Origin: Yuukianura sp. NJ FZ-2021
Taxonomy: Eukaryota
Assembly: GCA_046563655.1 (NCBI GenBank)
Contig: CM102285.1
Location: forward strand, 12,648,001-12,712,000
DNA length: 64,000 nucleotides
Direction: 5' to 3'
Shown: piece after piece, positions 39,801-53,196 of the stretch
Numbering within the stretch: position 1 is the first letter of the stretch
How the letters are laid out: each line of letters starts with the position of its first letter
The notes under the pieces: model-generated
What the model was told of the DNA's origin: nothing
Database searches by the model: none
The model's input: the letters and a program-made list of their open reading frames with translations, nothing else
Position numbers and translations under genes: made by a program

Positions 39801-42800
39801 GTTTCTCCTTTTTCTCAAAAATTCAAAAAATGCAATTTCATTTTTTCCAGATCTGGAGAGAGTATGATACAGATGGAAGCGGATTTATTGAAGCCGACGA
39901 GCTCAAGGTCAGAAGTGATGAAAAAATGAATTGGAAAACCTCAATCTCAAAATTTTCTCTCTTTTTTTTCTAGAACTTCCTCAGAGATTTACTTAGAGAA
40001 GCAAAGAAAATCAATGATGTTTCTGAAGACAAATTGATTGAGTACACAGACACAATGGTGAGTCTTTGGTTGTCTGAGGGTGAGAATGATGATGTTGATG
40101 ATAGCCAAACCGCACATTTACACAATCGCTTTGAAAATGAAAGCACTTCCGTCAGCTACTTCCAGTGTAAACGCCTTTGTTGTTCCTAAATTATTTATGA
40201 GGTAATTTCCTCTTGGCACAATTCAGGACACGATTGTCACTACTTCAAAATTTCATTATTTCCCTTTTTTGAAGTGTCTTTTTGAATTTTGCAAATGTGG
40301 TTCCCACCTAATAAGAACCCGAAGCCAGCTAAAGGAATTTTTGGATAAGCCTTTACCCACTGGTTTCTAAAGGCTTTCGAATTTTCAAAATTTGCAATTT
40401 TCTTTGTAATAGTAAAATCCAAGCGTTTCTTTGAACTTAATAGCCCTATGTCACATCGAATCATGCAAAACTAGGGCAGTTTGGTCCTTTGTTATTTTCA
40501 AATTCAAGAGTCGATTCATCATCAAATGTCAAACGCCTACAAAATCTCAACTACTCTCATTCCTAAAATTTTTCTTTCAAAATTTCGAAAACACGGCGCC
40601 TTTAGATCAGTCAATTTTTGTGTTGAAATAGTCCTGTACCTACTAAAAAAAATAGTACAGTAGGGCAAGGAAATTTTCAAAAACTAGATTTTGAAATGTA
40701 ATATTCTGCAAAATGTTCAAACGTGTTCAGAAAAATTTGTTGGGGGAAATATTTGGGGAAAAAACTGAATTTGAAGTGAAAGTAAAAAAAAAAAAGAGAA
40801 TTTGAGAAGTCAAATTGAATTTTTTTTCTAGAAAGTCCTATTTTGCGAATTATTCAGTAGAAGTGACGAGACTTTTGGAGAATAAATTTTTTAAAAGGAA
40901 GTTGAAGTGAAAGTGGCGATAGAATGGGGAGGAAAATTTAGGAACCAGTAGCCTTAGTACAACAGAGAGCCTTTGAATAGGTAATGACACGCAGTTGGAG
41001 AAAGTGCAAAAAAGCGTTAGAAAACCCTAAGAACAGCCTCCATTTATTCCACCAGCAGAACAAAATAATCATCTCCACCCTCTTCTCTTTTGCTTCCATT
41101 CCAATTCACTTTCATTTCCTACAATTCGCCTAGAATTCACTTTCTACTAGAATTCATTCTTGAATCTCAAAGAAAAGGAAGAAAAAGTCTTCAATGCTAA
41201 TCTAACTTTCTTTTCATTTTCTTTTTTCTTCTTTTCTAGCTCCAAGTGTTTGATGCTAACAAGGATGGGAAACTCCAGCTCTCGGAAATGGCCAAGTGAG
41301 TTTTCCAACTTTGTCTTAGATTGTACTTTTATAAGTCCTAGGTTCTAGTTAACTCTAAAATTAAGTTCTCTGGGCCTACTCTTAGTAAAGACACCTAACC
41401 TAGGTATATGAAAATTAATTAACTCAATTCTGAGAGCAAGCAAAGAGAAAGCACAATTGTATTTTATTCTCTCCTTATCCAGCCTTTTGGCTACATTTAC
41501 ATTAATACTGTTTCTCAAAGGAAGAGAAAACGAGGCCAATTTCAGTTGAATTTTCCGTTTCACAAGCTCCTTTCTCCTGAGTTTCTTCAATTGTAGGCTT
41601 TAGGGAGTTCTGAAAACATTGAAAATACGCCTACTCACTCCTATTCAAAACTTTCTTATACTATTTTAGCCTTTTTTTCACTTTTAAGCTTTGCACTCGT
41701 CTTTTCCATGGTGAGGTAATCGCCATTTCAAGAAGCTCGTTTCAGCCTCTTCAAAATTTTGAGGAGACAAAATTTGAAAACCGAAGTGGAGATTAGTACA
41801 GGGTTGAAAGAGAAAGTCAAGGACGGGGCCTTTAATTGCGATGAGGTTTTGAAAATGGTTCAAAAGATCAAAGGCTTCTGGGTTAAGACTCAAAGCGGTG
41901 TAAGCTTATGCCTAACCTAGTATGAAAATGTTAGGCTTCAGCGTTTCCACAGTAGCTGGAGGACAAAAGGCTACAAACGTGGAGATCAGAACACTCGAGA
42001 TAGAAATCAAGCAGTCCGGAACAGTTCCGGTGACAAACAAAAAGAAAACCAATACCGGGAAACTTTTTTTTATGTAACCTTCCAAAAGTAGTTCAAATCG
42101 AAGCGTTCCAACTCAAAGCTAGGTCATGGTTTTGGTTAGAGGTTACCAAGTAAGGTCATTTGAAAGTAAGCACAGCCTAACTTTCTTTTGTAATTGGTTT
42201 CTTGTCTAACTTATGTTTTTAGGTTACTCCCTGTCAAAGAGAACTTCCTATGCCGCCAAGTCTTCAAGGTAAGCGAGGTATAGACATAAAACTTTTTTTG
42301 ACTCTCTAAATGTCGTCGTCTTCTCGTGTTTTCTTGTGCTGTGAGCCTTTGAGTAACTTTAACCAACTTTCCCTATTCGTCGCTTCACTCTCCGGTTATT
42401 TAACTTTCACTTTTCTAAATTACACTCTTTAACTAAACTTATTCTGTTCCTTCAACAGTCAAGGGAGCTAACGACACTTTTCAAAACTTTCCTAGTCGTA
42501 AATGGAAAATAAACTTAACTCGCACACTTTCTCCTCCAATACTTTCGTGCTGTTAACAAAGCGACAGCTTAGAGCTAGGAATCATAACTCGTCAAATGCA
42601 AAAGAAACATTCGTGCTAGAAAATAAAAGTCTAGGCATTAGTCACGCAATTCCAATTTTCTCGTTTTGTGAAAAATGAAAAATGACGCATGGCGTGACCC
42701 CAAATGCAAATGCGTTAAAAATTTCTCCCCCATCTTTTGTGCCTGACTTTCACCCTTGTGATTCCAACAACTCGTTTATAGTTTTTATGTGAAGTGATTC

Positions 42801-45507
42801 TAGACTGTTTTCATAGTTGTGATTCCTTGATTGACCTTTGACCTTGTAATTTTATTACCTTATGATTTTGATTGCAATTTCTCCAATGTCGTACATATCT
42901 GTGTCTTATGTCAACATAAATCTAAAACAGACATAGTTTACTGTTGACTTTTGAAAATCAATGTTATGGATCCTAAAATTTTTGCTAACTTTTTCTTATC
43001 CCATTTCTCTTGGCCTTCGTTCTCGCTCTCTGTACCCTTTGCTTTCTTTCAAGGCGGGACTTGATGTAAGTAATTTTCATAGATTACAAACACAGAATCC
43101 TTCAAAAAATTCACAAATTTTACCACATAGAAAAATGTAAAAATTCTGTAGTACTAAACAGTATGTATGCTTAACAACTAAAAATTTCAACCTCAAGCTT
43201 CACCTTCATTTGCAGAATTGCATGAAATTTTGTCTCCACAACATCGCCTTTTTCCCGTACAAGAATGATCATTTTGAAAATTCAAATGAACTTTTGAATA
43301 GATCAGAAAAAATTGGTGTTCCAATTGCCAATCGAAAACGACCTGGTAAAAGATTAGTGTCATGATGGTTTTACACGAATTACAACTGAAAATAGTTGGA
43401 TGTTGAGTTAACTTTTGGCATTATACAATCACGTTGATACATAATAGTGAAAACCTGCAAAGAAAGCCATATAAGCCGAAAAGACTGAATAAGTTAGCGA
43501 CTTTTCGTCAGTAAAAACTTCCAGCCTATTGATTTCTGCCTCGAGATGCCTTTCAGAATTAATGTCCACTTCTAATAGGTCCTAGTAAACCTGACTCCTA
43601 AGGCCTATGCGAAAGTACGTGAATTTTGAACCACAAAACATGTCTAGGTTGGCCTACCAAATTAACCTAAACCAGAAAAGGACACGCAACTGAAACCTCC
43701 TTTCTCCGCAGTAGCCCCAGTTTTCTCTTGTTAAGGGCGTCAAAGTTCAGTTCGCAACTTTCTCCTGAAATCCCAATAACTTTTTTTCTTCCTGCGTGTA
43801 ATGCTCATAGGCAACACATTGAATTTTGAGTTGAGTCATGAATTGTTTAAGGTTCCTTACTGCCAGCATCTTGAAAAACTTGTGCTGCCAGCATTTTCAA
43901 CTTGTGCTGGTCTTGGCGCTAAAGCTTTTAAAAACGAAGCTTTTTCTTCCACTCGCCTGCCTCTCCGTGCCACGTCCAATGATCTTTAGGCTTATTAGGC
44001 TTCCAACTCACGCTTTCCCTACTTTTTCAGTTTCCCCAAAGAAGCAAAAGAATGCATTAATCATTCAAATAAAACTGGCGGGCAAGGATTGTGGCACTTT
44101 CAAACTGGCCCACCACCATCACACATTTTATATTCTATATCCTAACATAACCTTAACCTAACAAATATATGTGGCAGTAGTAGCAACGGCTAGAAAACAA
44201 ATGGCATCACTCTATATGATAATTCGAAATCGACTCTGCTACAACAAACCGTTGGGACAGCCTAACCTTATGTCCTGCGTAAAGCCTGCGCCGGACCATA
44301 TTGTTCTGCTTTCTCCAGTGAAAGTGAAAACAATCTTTTCCGTTTGTTGCCAAACCAGGTTGTTATTAATGATCTTGGCAGCTTCTGTCTTCAAATGAAT
44401 CTCGCATTACGGTAAAATGGCTCAAATTTTCATAAAATTAGGCAAAATATTGAAATTTTCTTGAAACTTTCTCTCTTCACTTTCCCTTGTAAGCTTTTGT
44501 TGCATGTTGCTTGAGTGCTTTTCTCTTTTGGAATTTCTGAATGCTTTGTCTTGTGCTTTTCAAAATAGCAATAAAATTGAATTTGTGGTGCTTGGAATAA
44601 TTTAGACAAGTAGGTTACGGTTAGGGTTTAAAATTAATTTATGTTTTCCAGGGTGCTACCAAGTTGACAAAAGATGACATTGAGCGGGTGTTTGCTCTCT
44701 ATGATCGGGTGAGCACCTAACATTGCGAAACGACAAAATTTTGAAATTTCTGCATCAGGCAGCATCTGCTCCCGCTTTCTAACTTCCTGTGACAAAATTT
44801 AAAATTAAAACTACCCGCTGTTTTCTAAGCTTTTAGCATAATTCCTCTCCTAAGAGATCTCCTATGTAGGTGACAGGCGATGGTGAAAGAGCGAAAATAA
44901 CAATAGTCTCATTTTAATTTTGCAGGACGGCAATGGAACAATAGAAAATGAAGAACTCCGTGGATTTCTAAAGGATTTACTCGAACTGGCAAAAAAGGTT
45001 TGCTTGCGTTTTGTGCTTTTTCCGAAAATTCTTTCTCTTTTTTCCGGTTAGGTTAACTTTTCAATTTATATTTTTAAAAGAAATCGAGAATTTTAATTTT
45101 AATTGCCAATTTTAATTTCAAAAACAAGTCAATTTTTTGACAAGTTAATGCATGGATGACGTAAGGTTGCATGGCACAATTCACTCATGTAATGTGTCGT
45201 TGCGTCAAACTTGGATGTAAAATTTGCGAATTTGTAAAAATTCTGAACTTTTCTTGTCATCGTTCACTTGTTCCGTCTCCGTTGTCCTGTCTCTCACATG
45301 TCACGTATGAAACTGAGTCTGAGATGTGTTTAAATCAACTTTTCCTTTCCTAATTTCTCTCTTACAAAGCAGGACTATGATGCTCAGGACTTAATGGACT
45401 TTGAAGAGACGATTCTGCAGGGATGTGACTTCAATCACGATGGGAAAATCAATCGAAAGGAACTGACCATGATTCTACTCGCTCTATCCAAAACGAATGA
45501 TGAGTAA
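36882..45507 (+). CDS. Cbp53E: Calbindin-32 (hexa-EF-hand calbindin/calretinin/secretagogin family), 11 exons plus a microexon
   Basis: Spliced sequence [130 protein letters not shown] and DFNHDGKINRKEL gives six EF hands. A non-coding exon is likely upstream (donor ~36628, acceptor ~36740). Confidence 0.93.
43054..43065 (+). CDS. Candidate 12-nt microexon of calbindin-32 (encodes AGLD)
   Basis: Branch-point-like GCTAAC at ~42984, a long pyrimidine tract, then AAG|GCGGGACTTGAT|GTAAGT. Both flanking exons are phase 0. Confidence 0.75.
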
Positions 45508-47410
45508 GAGAAGCCAGCAGGAAGTTAGAAAGTTAAAAAGAGAAACTAAAAACTCAATTTCTAAAAAAAGCTTTAACCTTCACCTTTAAACCTAAGTTTA
45601 AACAAATATAAGTCTATAAATTTTAAAAACTGTAAAGACTATTACAATGTCACCAGTGAAAGTTGAAAATATCATCGCTGCAACAAGGGAATCAGAATCG
45701 AACAATTTATCATCTTTAGAAACTCATCCAAATTATAGTCACGCGACCGCAATTAATGTAACAAATTATGAAGAGAAAGTAATTGTTGACTTGTGCACAT
45801 ATTGTTGTTTGATGACCTCTCAAGGTTATCTTGTCTTGTTCCAAAATTGAATTGTTCTAAAGAAGTGAATGTTGTCTTGTCTGAAAAATTTAGTTCGAAT
45901 TTCAGTGAATAATGTCAAAATTTTGATTTAAAAAAATGAACCAAGGGTTGTGTGCGGTTGTGAAATGTTCATTCGGAAAAATGTTAACAATTTGAACGGA
46001 AAAAGCGCAACAAGGTTAGGCTAGGTTGTGTGAAAGGTAAAAGGGCAACTATTCCTTTATTGGTGAATGTGAGATTTAATTTTCAAAATTTTGGAAAAAC
46101 CAGTTTTCAAAAATCCGGTTTGAACAGATTTGAAAAAATAATTTTCCTACAGTGATTTCGAACTCTCAAGTTTTCGTTTTCACAAATTTCTGCTTTCCAA
46201 AATCAAATTTTTCTCCGTTTGGCGTTATTGTATTCAAAATTTTCGAAAATTCGGCAGCGTTTGTTTCAATTAGAGCAAGTTTTTTCAAAATAAGTTTGAA
46301 TGAATTATCTGGGTGTTTCGATCATTTTGTATATAAATTCAACCGTACTGTTGTGTGTCTGCTTCTGGTGTACCTGCGGCTACTGTTTAATAAGCACTTT
46401 TACATGTTAAAAACCAAAGCTCAAAGTGATGAGATGAGCATTGTGAAGCCCCTACAGGCCTTGAATTTGTGAATATGAAGGAGTACATGGCAGCAATACA
46501 AAATTGAGTAGGTTTCTGCGTTAGGTTAACCAAACTACAGCCTAACCTAAAATTCAATTATTTCTGGGAACCCTTGAACAAGGAGTGGAAAGTAACTATG
46601 CTGAGTTAAGGGATCCATCTGGAGTAGGAATTTAATTAGATTGTAATTAAGCAAAATCATATTCAATTGTTATCCAAAATGTTCTGGGAGCATTTCTCAC
46701 TTGCTTTCTCACAGGGAAAAGCTTGGCTCACTCAAAACCAAGGTTGTGACTCTAATTAAATTGTTACTTAGAATTTAAGAACAATTTCAAAATCCAAATT
46801 CCTGGTATTTCAAAAACTAACTTTTTAAAAATACTCATTTCGTTTGCTTCTTCCGAACACAAACAATTCCCAGAAGTCATCAACTTTAGATTAGTTAGAG
46901 CAAGGCCGGCTACTTAAACTGCTAAAAAACTAAACCTTTCCTTAAAATTACTAAGCTTCTGTGAATTTCAGAGGTAGAAAGTTTTAAATCTTGAAAAAGT
47001 TGAAATGTTTCGCTTTTATTACAAGTTCCGTTGAATCGAAAAGGTTGTTAGTAGGCAGAACAGAGAGGTTTTTAAATATTATTTAATGGTTAATTATTAA
47101 TTTTAAGTACTATAAATAAATTGTGAAGTGAATTCAACAATTCCTGTACCTTACATAAATTGAAACAAATAAAATTATTAAATATCAATTAATAATTTTG
47201 ACACCTTTAATTAATTAAGTTTTTTAAACCCAAACTTTTAGATTTCCAATTTTCCAAGTAAAATCAAACAAAATTCAACTGGATAGATTAGAAAAGTGAA
47301 AGCAGTGAAAGTAAAATTTCAGTTCACGAAAAAGTTCAAGTTAAAAGTTCATATTCAAGCAAAAGTTCGAGTAAAACTTTATGTCAAACTAAAATTCAAG
47401 GAAAAATTTT

Positions 47411-50400
47411 TTATCCAACAATAGTTCCAGCAGATCGAGATGATTTCACACCACCATTCGGATTTTCTTTGATTTTGGACGAATCACACTTATTTCCAAG
47501 AGGGAGAAAGCATTTTCTGAGTCCCTCTTGGCACCAATGGTAATCTGGAAAAGGTGGAAGAAGAATAGCATCAAACAGAGTAATATTTTCAATCAAAATC
47601 CCTTGAGCAGTTTCTCCCTTTCCCTGTTCCAGAAATTCCATAGCCTGATTAAACTTTCCCTCAGACTTTTCCAGAGATTTGAGGCTCTGTAGCATATTCG
47701 TAGGTTTGAGACAGCGGCCACAGCGGAGCAGAAGATTAAACGACTCTGTCGTATTTGCACACAAGTAGGCTCTGCAGTTACGACATCGAAAGCTCAGATT
47801 CTCTCGTGACAAGTTGGTGAACAATGGCCAGTTGTCAAGGCAAGCGACACAGGAGCAGGTGAACCAGTAACGACATTCCAGAAATTCTTGACGCTCAGAT
47901 CGCCCAGACTGAGTGAAAATTGGACCATAGTTTTCTGTGACAGGTTCACCACGCTGAATAGTCCGAACTGTACGGACCACTACTGTGTCGTTGATGAAAT
48001 ACCTTGAATTACAAATTACAAGTCACGTAATTACAAATTACACGTCAAGTAATTACAAATTGCCAAGGGAAGCAAGTATAAACCAAAATCAGCGAAGCAT
48101 TTCGTTGAGGTTGAGGAAGTGAAAGCTCGCTTTTTCTTTGAGAACTTTACACAAAAAGCTTTCGCGAAAAATCTACTTTCACTTTGGCAGAATCTTGACA
48201 GTTTTGTGGTTTCGAACAAAAATTTCGACAACTTTGTGGTTTTGTTCTCTAAATTAGAAAAGTTGGTGAAAGTTGGCGGGAGTAACTATGCCATTTTGTA
48301 ACTTACCTAACAATGGCCGGATTGCAAGAGTGGTTGAAAAATGCTAACGTAGGAAACAGTCCACCGCCAATAAAGCAAGACTTTGACACTTTGGAATCCC
48401 AGGCAGCAATTTCATGAGCATTAAACTGAAGTGTCTGCAGCATTCGTAGAAGAATTGATCCCACCTGAATTATTATTGGTTCAGTGGGACGCTGTTCCAC
48501 TTTTTGGTGGTTTACGGTACTTTTTGTCCCACTTTCACCAGCATCAGAAGATTCGCGTTCTTCATTTCCTGGGAGGCCCCCTTTATCTTCATTGTCAGTT
48601 ACTCCTCCTCCTCTGTTCTTTATGGCTTTCACTCCTAATCCACCACCTACAAAATGAACGCATTAAAACCTAACTACCAGGCGTTACACTAACCTAAAGT
48701 TAATCTGGGCTTACTATTGGAAATGCACCGCAAATAAAATTTGGGGGTTGAATTTGTTTTTTCCTAAGCCTCTCTTAAGCACTCGCTTCAAAAAAAAAGC
48801 TTTTCAAAAGGAGATTTTTCTTTTTCTTTAACTTTCTCCGCAGCTTGTCATCTCCAATTTGCTAACTTTCTTTCCTTTCCCGCTTTTTTTGAAAAATGTT
48901 TTGTTCCAATACTTTCGACTGAAAGTGGGCTAGTTTCGACTTTCACCTTTGTTTAAAAAACGCCTGGTTTCTTCCTGATAAGATTACTTAAAGTTAATTC
49001 TTCAAAGCGAAGAGCGGAACAAAACTTTCACTTCTTTACAAAAAAGAAAAGTTTGTAATCAGGTTACAGCAGAAAAAGAGATTGACGGATGAGGTACTTA
49101 GGAAATAAATTTTAAGAAAAAAGTTACATTTTTCATAAAAATGGACTAAGACAATTGATTCTGTTCGTAGTCTAGTGTCATGAAGATTGATGAAAATCCA
49201 AGTATAGTTACTCCCTCTAAAATTATAGTCGGAATAAGTTCATATTTGGTCTTTACCTGGAGGATTGTCAAAGTACTTTGTGCGTTGTAGAACCGTGTAG
49301 AGAAAGAGAGCCATGACGACTCGTTGAAAGTAGTCTTCAGGCGTTCTGCGACTGGAGTTTGCATGGGTTACGAGTTTAAAGACAGAAGAAATATGATCTG
49401 GCTTGTAGTCGTCCTTGAACTGAAACCGAAAATCCCTCCATGTTCCACTCTTCGTTAGTTTTTCATCCAATGCTTCTAGCTCATCAGTATCCGCAGGCTC
49501 AGATTTCCATGTCATAACTTCTGAATAGCTACTCTAAAATTTAGAAGGAAACCAGGGATTTAGTTACTTGCTTTCAATTGTCTCCGGAAATCAAGTTTCA
49601 AGCAAAATTGCAAAATTTAAAAAAAAGCAAAATTAAAAGTTTAAGCCAAGTCGCTTCTGGCAAAAGCTCACTTTTGAATATTTTTTTGGGTAGACAAATC
49701 CAACTTTGCAATGAAAGTGCTAAGAGAAAGGTTGGAAACAAAGTTGAGATTTTTTGATAAATGTTGCCAGGATTGGATAAAAAAAAGCAAAAAGTAAATG
49801 AAAGTTTTGGAAGTTTGTGGGCGAAAGTCAAGGTAAAAGGAAAAAGCATGGTCAAATAAAAGTGAAAGTTGGAAGTTTGTACTTGAGTGAGAACACGTAG
49901 AGCCATTAGGCAGGTGATGGATACGCCTGCCAGTCGAACTATTCCCAGAATGTCGCATTCGTATTGATGGTGACTGGTCCACGCCAAGTTACGACATTTG
50001 TCAGAGCAAAAGGAAACCAAGGCACAGCGGTAACAGGGAACTGGAGCCAGTAACCTAAATTCAAACATAGGAAAAAAAGAGAGAAAAAAGCGAAAATATA
50101 TTATATTTTTTCAATTTTATTACGACTTCGTCTTGAAAAGTGAAAGCATAAGCACCAACACATTGCTGAGACCTAAGGAAAAAGTGAAAAGGAATTTTGT
50201 GTGTGAATAACAGGAAAAGTGCTGCTGAACGAAGTAAATAGTGTTATTTTATAAGGTCTGTTTTCCTGTTCGTTCCGCTTTTGAAACTTAAACTTAAAAT
50301 CGATAGTCAACGATGCACGAAGGAAAGGCAGGAAAGTAAAAAGAAAGTTGAGAAAGTTTTTTTTTGGTATTGTAAAAATGAATAGCATTTCAAAATGTTT

Positions 50401-51821
50401 TAGTTAACTAATTTTTTCAAAAGGAAAAAGAAAACAACATAATTTTACTGAGAAATTACGAAAAAAGGAGAAAAAGGCGGGAAGAAAGCAGAACGCAATG
50501 TATAACTTTCTCCAGTCCACCTTGATAAGGATCTCTAGGGTAGACTAACCATTAGATTTTAGTACTTTTGGAGCTTTATCTTAAGAACTTGACTTTCACA
50601 ATGCAAGAAGCAGGAAACTTAAGCCGAGGGTTAGGCTATGAATCCAGTAGCATAATAGTTAGGTTTTAGATTGTACTAGCCTCTCTTAGAAAAAGGAAAC
50701 CTTACATGCTAAAACATTGGAAACATTGGTAATGGTAGGCTTCTGGTGTTAGAGTAGAGACGAAGGCTTTCTCTACGACAATTATTTCACCAGGGCCAAT
50801 ATTTTCATTGGCAACGACGTACCGCCCCTCTGCTTCACTCCGCATCAAGCTCAATTTGGCGGAAGCATTTCTGAGGTACTTTCCTCTGCCACCAGAAATG
50901 ATTGGAAGCAGTACCTCTTTTTCTAAAAAATCAACAAAGTAAAATCAAACTTTCAAAATTTACGAACTTTTTGAATGCCAATGAATCAAATTTTAACCTT
51001 TAGAACTTCCACTTTCACCACAAATAAAAGCAAATCCATTTCCTGAAGTGGTTTTGAGTAGCTTTTCGAGAGCCACAATCGTGCTCTTCTTCTTGTCTGA
51101 ATCCAAATTGACTAATGGAATTGCCAGAGAGTTAATGGCCTGTTGGAAGCGTCTTGCTGCTTGCGGATTTTGGCCTGTTTTGGCATAACATCGACCCGAT
51201 CTTTCGTACAACTTGTAATGAAGTTCTGGTGGATAGGGTAAGGCTAAAGCAGAATCAATATCTGCTTGAGCTAAAGCAAAGTGGCCCAAATGGAACAACG
51301 CTGCAGATCGGTTTGCGTACAGGATCGAAAGATCTAACAAACATCAACAAAACAACTTTCACTTTAACAAGATTTTCAAAAATTCAGCAAATAGCAAAAA
51401 AAGGAAAGCTTTAATCTGCTTTCCCCGGAATTTTCTAACCTGTTGTTTCAGTAGGATCCATAAAGGCAATTGCCTGTGAATAGAAATCAAGAGCCCTGGA
51501 ATTGTCTCCTTGTCCAAAAGCTTCGTTTCCAGCTCCTTTGAATAAGAGAGACTTGGCCTTACTTTTAGAAAAATCAAAGCCCTTGAGAATGTCATTGATT
51601 CTGGAAGTGTCCTTGTCACTGTCAGGACCCTTGGATTGGCACTTCGTGAGCTCCGCTTCAATTTGACTCTGAATCAACTCCAGAACTCCAGTTTTCCGAA
51701 CAAGAAAGGCAACTTTGGCTGAATTTTGGGTTGAACTGAATTCATTCCAGACTTCACTTGACATCTGAGACTTGAGGGAATTGCAAATATCCTTGATGAA
51801 GGACTTTTTACTTTCTTCCAT
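47411..51821 (-). CDS. SMYD4: SET and MYND domain protein (SMYD4-like), ~7 exons
   Basis: N-terminal TPRs (KGAGNEAF, YANRSAALFHL), split SET (GRYVVANENIGPGEII), MYND (CFQC...PCYRCALVSFCSDKC...HQYEC), FFNHSCNP, GEPVTENYG and post-SET YWFTCSCVAC. Confidence 0.92.
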
Positions 51822-52293
51822 GATTTCCAATATGGTTTAATATGCAGTTTGAATACTAATTCCCAAAGGAAACTTTATAGTAAAGCAGGGTAACCTTAAG
51901 TTAATTTTTTGGAAAACAAATTAACAAAGTGTCTTCAATTAACAGTTTAATCGTCCAGAATGTTACAATAAATCTATACGGAAAATGAGGGAGGTCAACT
52001 AATAGGAGAAACTGTTGTTACCCGGATATTTATTACTGAAATTACCAAGTGCCTTTAAAATTCAAAACCGGAGACACAAGAACAGAACACCCGAATTCGG
52101 TTTTTTTAAGTTTGTGAGCAGATTTGTTCTAAATTTAGAACAAATCTAGAATCGGTGTGCTGTAGAGCTATGATTCTGTAAAATAAGAGATGGAGCTGGT
52201 TCAGAAAGGAAAAAAAAAATCAAAGTGCAAGTGCTTTAGAAAGTAAATTGAAAGCAAATGGAAAGTTAATTTCAAATGATTTTTTTTGTTGGT

Positions 52294-52822
52294 TCATAAT
52301 TTTGATAAGTTTGCTTTGAATGATTTAGTGTTTCGGATGTCTTGAATTGCTTCCTGGACGAGGTCAGCAACTTGCAGAGCACAGCCCCAGAACAGCGTGA
52401 TTCCAGCTCCTCCATAATTATGAATAATCTAACAAAAACAATCAATTAGTCGAAAATTAATTCAACTTCGACACAATTTTTGCGAGAAAAAGTATTTTTT
52501 CTTTTAAATTGTGAATTTACCACAGACAGTTTCCCATTTTTCTCAATTTTCTCACTTTCTAAACGGACAGTCTTGCGTGCAGGGCGTAGTCCTACCCAAT
52601 CCCTTGCCAAAACTGCATTCTGAAAAGTGAAAACCTCTCATAAAATTTTCATTTTTGTTTTTGAAATTCTAAATAATGAAATCCAGGGTCACTATCAGAC
52701 CAACCTTCAAACTGGGAACCATTTCGGTGCATCTAGACAAAATATGGGCTTTGTCTGCTTCGTCATTGTTCAAATTCCAATTGTTTTCTTGATGTGTTCC
52801 GCCAAGAACAATCGTGTCCTCA
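52294..52822 (-). pseudogene. Duplicated last three exons of the D-amino-acid oxidase gene (orphan or alternative 3' cassette)
   Basis: Reads EDTIVLGGTHQENNW...WVGLRPARKTVRLE...IIHNYGGAGITLFWGCA...ANLSKL*. Splice sites are intact. A 6-nt deletion removes GH from HNYGHGG. Confidence 0.8.
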
Positions 52823-53196
52823 CTGAATGTAAAATAAAATTTGACAGTTAAATTAGGAAAACTTCAATTAGTCAAAATTTTCAGTAAATTATATAACTGT
52901 CAAAACTTTATAGTTAAGTGGGCACATTCTAGCACAAAGCAAACATCTAACCTTCCCATAAATGTTCAATGTCACTTTGTGTTCTACGTTTGTACTAAAA
53001 TACATGTTAAACAAAATTGGCATTTTGAAAAGAAAATGAGAAATATGTTTCTTTGTGGTTTTGTATGACAGGCACGTGAATTAGCCTCATAAAACTGCAA
53101 TGCAAATTGTAGCCAAGTTTCATCAAAGGCCGGCTAGGCAGGCTTTGTTACAGGACATCTTCTCAAATTTTGGGTTTTTGAAATTTTGAAAAGAAA

